Assembly: GCA_904063045.1 (NCBI GenBank)
Contig: CAJFCJ010000005.1
Location: 945,988 to 1,009,987, forward strand
Source of the DNA: Dimorphilus gyrociliatus
Taxonomy: Eukaryota; Animalia; Annelida
Length of the DNA: 64,000 nt
Direction of reading: 5' to 3'
Every line of letters starts with the position of its first letter. Within the stretch, counting starts at the first letter, position 1. The position numbers and the translations under genes are program-made. Below the pieces are notes generated by a model. That model worked only from the letters and a program-made list of their open reading frames with translations, ran no database searches and had not been told where the DNA came from. Below are positions 63,044-64,000 of this stretch, piece after piece.

Positions 63044-64000
63044 CTGTTTAATTAAAATATTAAATTAATGATGAAACTTTGGCTGTTCATCACGCTACTT
63101 GCGTTTGTTTGTGAGTAAAAACTGCATTACTTTACTCATAGATAATATATATCTTACATCCGGTTTTCCTTGGAAGTATATCCCACCCCATTGAAAGAAA
63201 AAAAATTAAAGTAATTCCCAATTTCCAGTAAAATGAACCAATCAGATCATAATTAAACCTTGACACAATCACATAAATAAATACAAATCATGTATATAAG
63301 AATGAACAGCAAATAAAAATCAAAAACAAAATAATGAAAAGAGATGACAAAAATCGACGAAAACAATGAGGTGTTAAAGAACAAAATGAACAAATGAACA
63401 AGAGAGAATCTGGTCAAGTTAAAAACACTTCTCCCTTTTAAAACGATTTGAAAATTGTTAAAAAAAAAATAAAATCAATCGTTTCGAAAACTTGGCTTTC
63501 AATAAATCGATAGACAATGAAACAACCTATAGGGAAGGAGGTTACAGCGTTTTTTTTTGTTTTTGTTTTTGTTGTTGTTATTGTTTAATACTAGTTTTAT
63601 AACAAATGAAAGCATTGGCTTTATTGATACAATTGTAAAAATGAATTTGGCCTTAGAAACTTGCGGGGCAATAACCCAACAGATTTACTCAATACAGGTT
63701 AAATTTGTTGTAAAACAAGATATGTTTTGAGTATTCAGTACGCCTCTTAATAGATCTCTCTTTCTCTCTCTCTCCTTCTTTCTTTCTTTTTTTCTTTCTA
63801 TCCTTCTCTTCTGTTATTTATGAACAGCTCTCTACATATTGGTTATTTTTAAAATTCTAGTAAATCACCTTTAAAAATAGAAAATATACTAAAGTTTGTT
63901 AAACTATTGACTTTAGGCTTATTTTGTTTTTAAATATTATCTATACTGTTTATATAAAATTTGTGAATAGAGGAGATAACAGCGACTGAGAGAGAAAGTT

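Noticed and set aside
1-64000. CRISPR arrays, prokaryotic defence operons, tRNAs, intact transposons
   Set aside because: I saw no repeat-spacer array, cloverleaf or long RT/transposase ORF, and the genes are spliced and eukaryotic. The Mab-21 gene lacks CD-NTase catalytic motifs and CBASS neighbours.

Overview
AT-rich (roughly 70% by eye) eukaryotic DNA with many 45-120 nt GT-AG introns and (GA)n/(TA)n microsatellites. The 5S rRNA type and gene content point to a compact-genome lophotrochozoan; a small annelid such as Dimorphilus is a guess. Most short ORF-track entries are exon fragments or microsatellite artefacts, so I assembled genes by hand from splice sites. In order: (1) 3' part of a coiled-coil protein with a long Ser/Arg-rich tail (+, 1-14159); (2) a 79-aa neuropeptide-like precursor missing from the ORF track (-, 14855-17113); (3) three tandem secreted CUB-domain paralogues (+, 24.5-35.6 kb) with a single 5S rRNA gene among them; (4) an intronless Mab-21/cGAS-like protein lacking catalytic residues (-), head-to-head with (5) a stand-alone CULT (cereblon-type) protein with an N-terminal hydrophobic segment (+); (6) an astacin-EGF-CUB-TSP1 protease (-); (7) a BTB-BACK protein (-); (8) a SUEL lectin-CUB-CCP-TM receptor (+); (9) a DCDC2-like gene with an IQ motif and acidic tail (-, 5' end outside the window), possibly hosting a nested antisense gene. 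CTCF-like motifs recur near gene starts. I saw no CRISPR array, tRNA or intact transposon. The best candidates for something new are the neuropeptide precursor with a 4-Cys CHH/EH-like domain, the pseudo-cGLR/CULT pair and the divergent CUB family. All family assignments come from motif recognition, not database searches.
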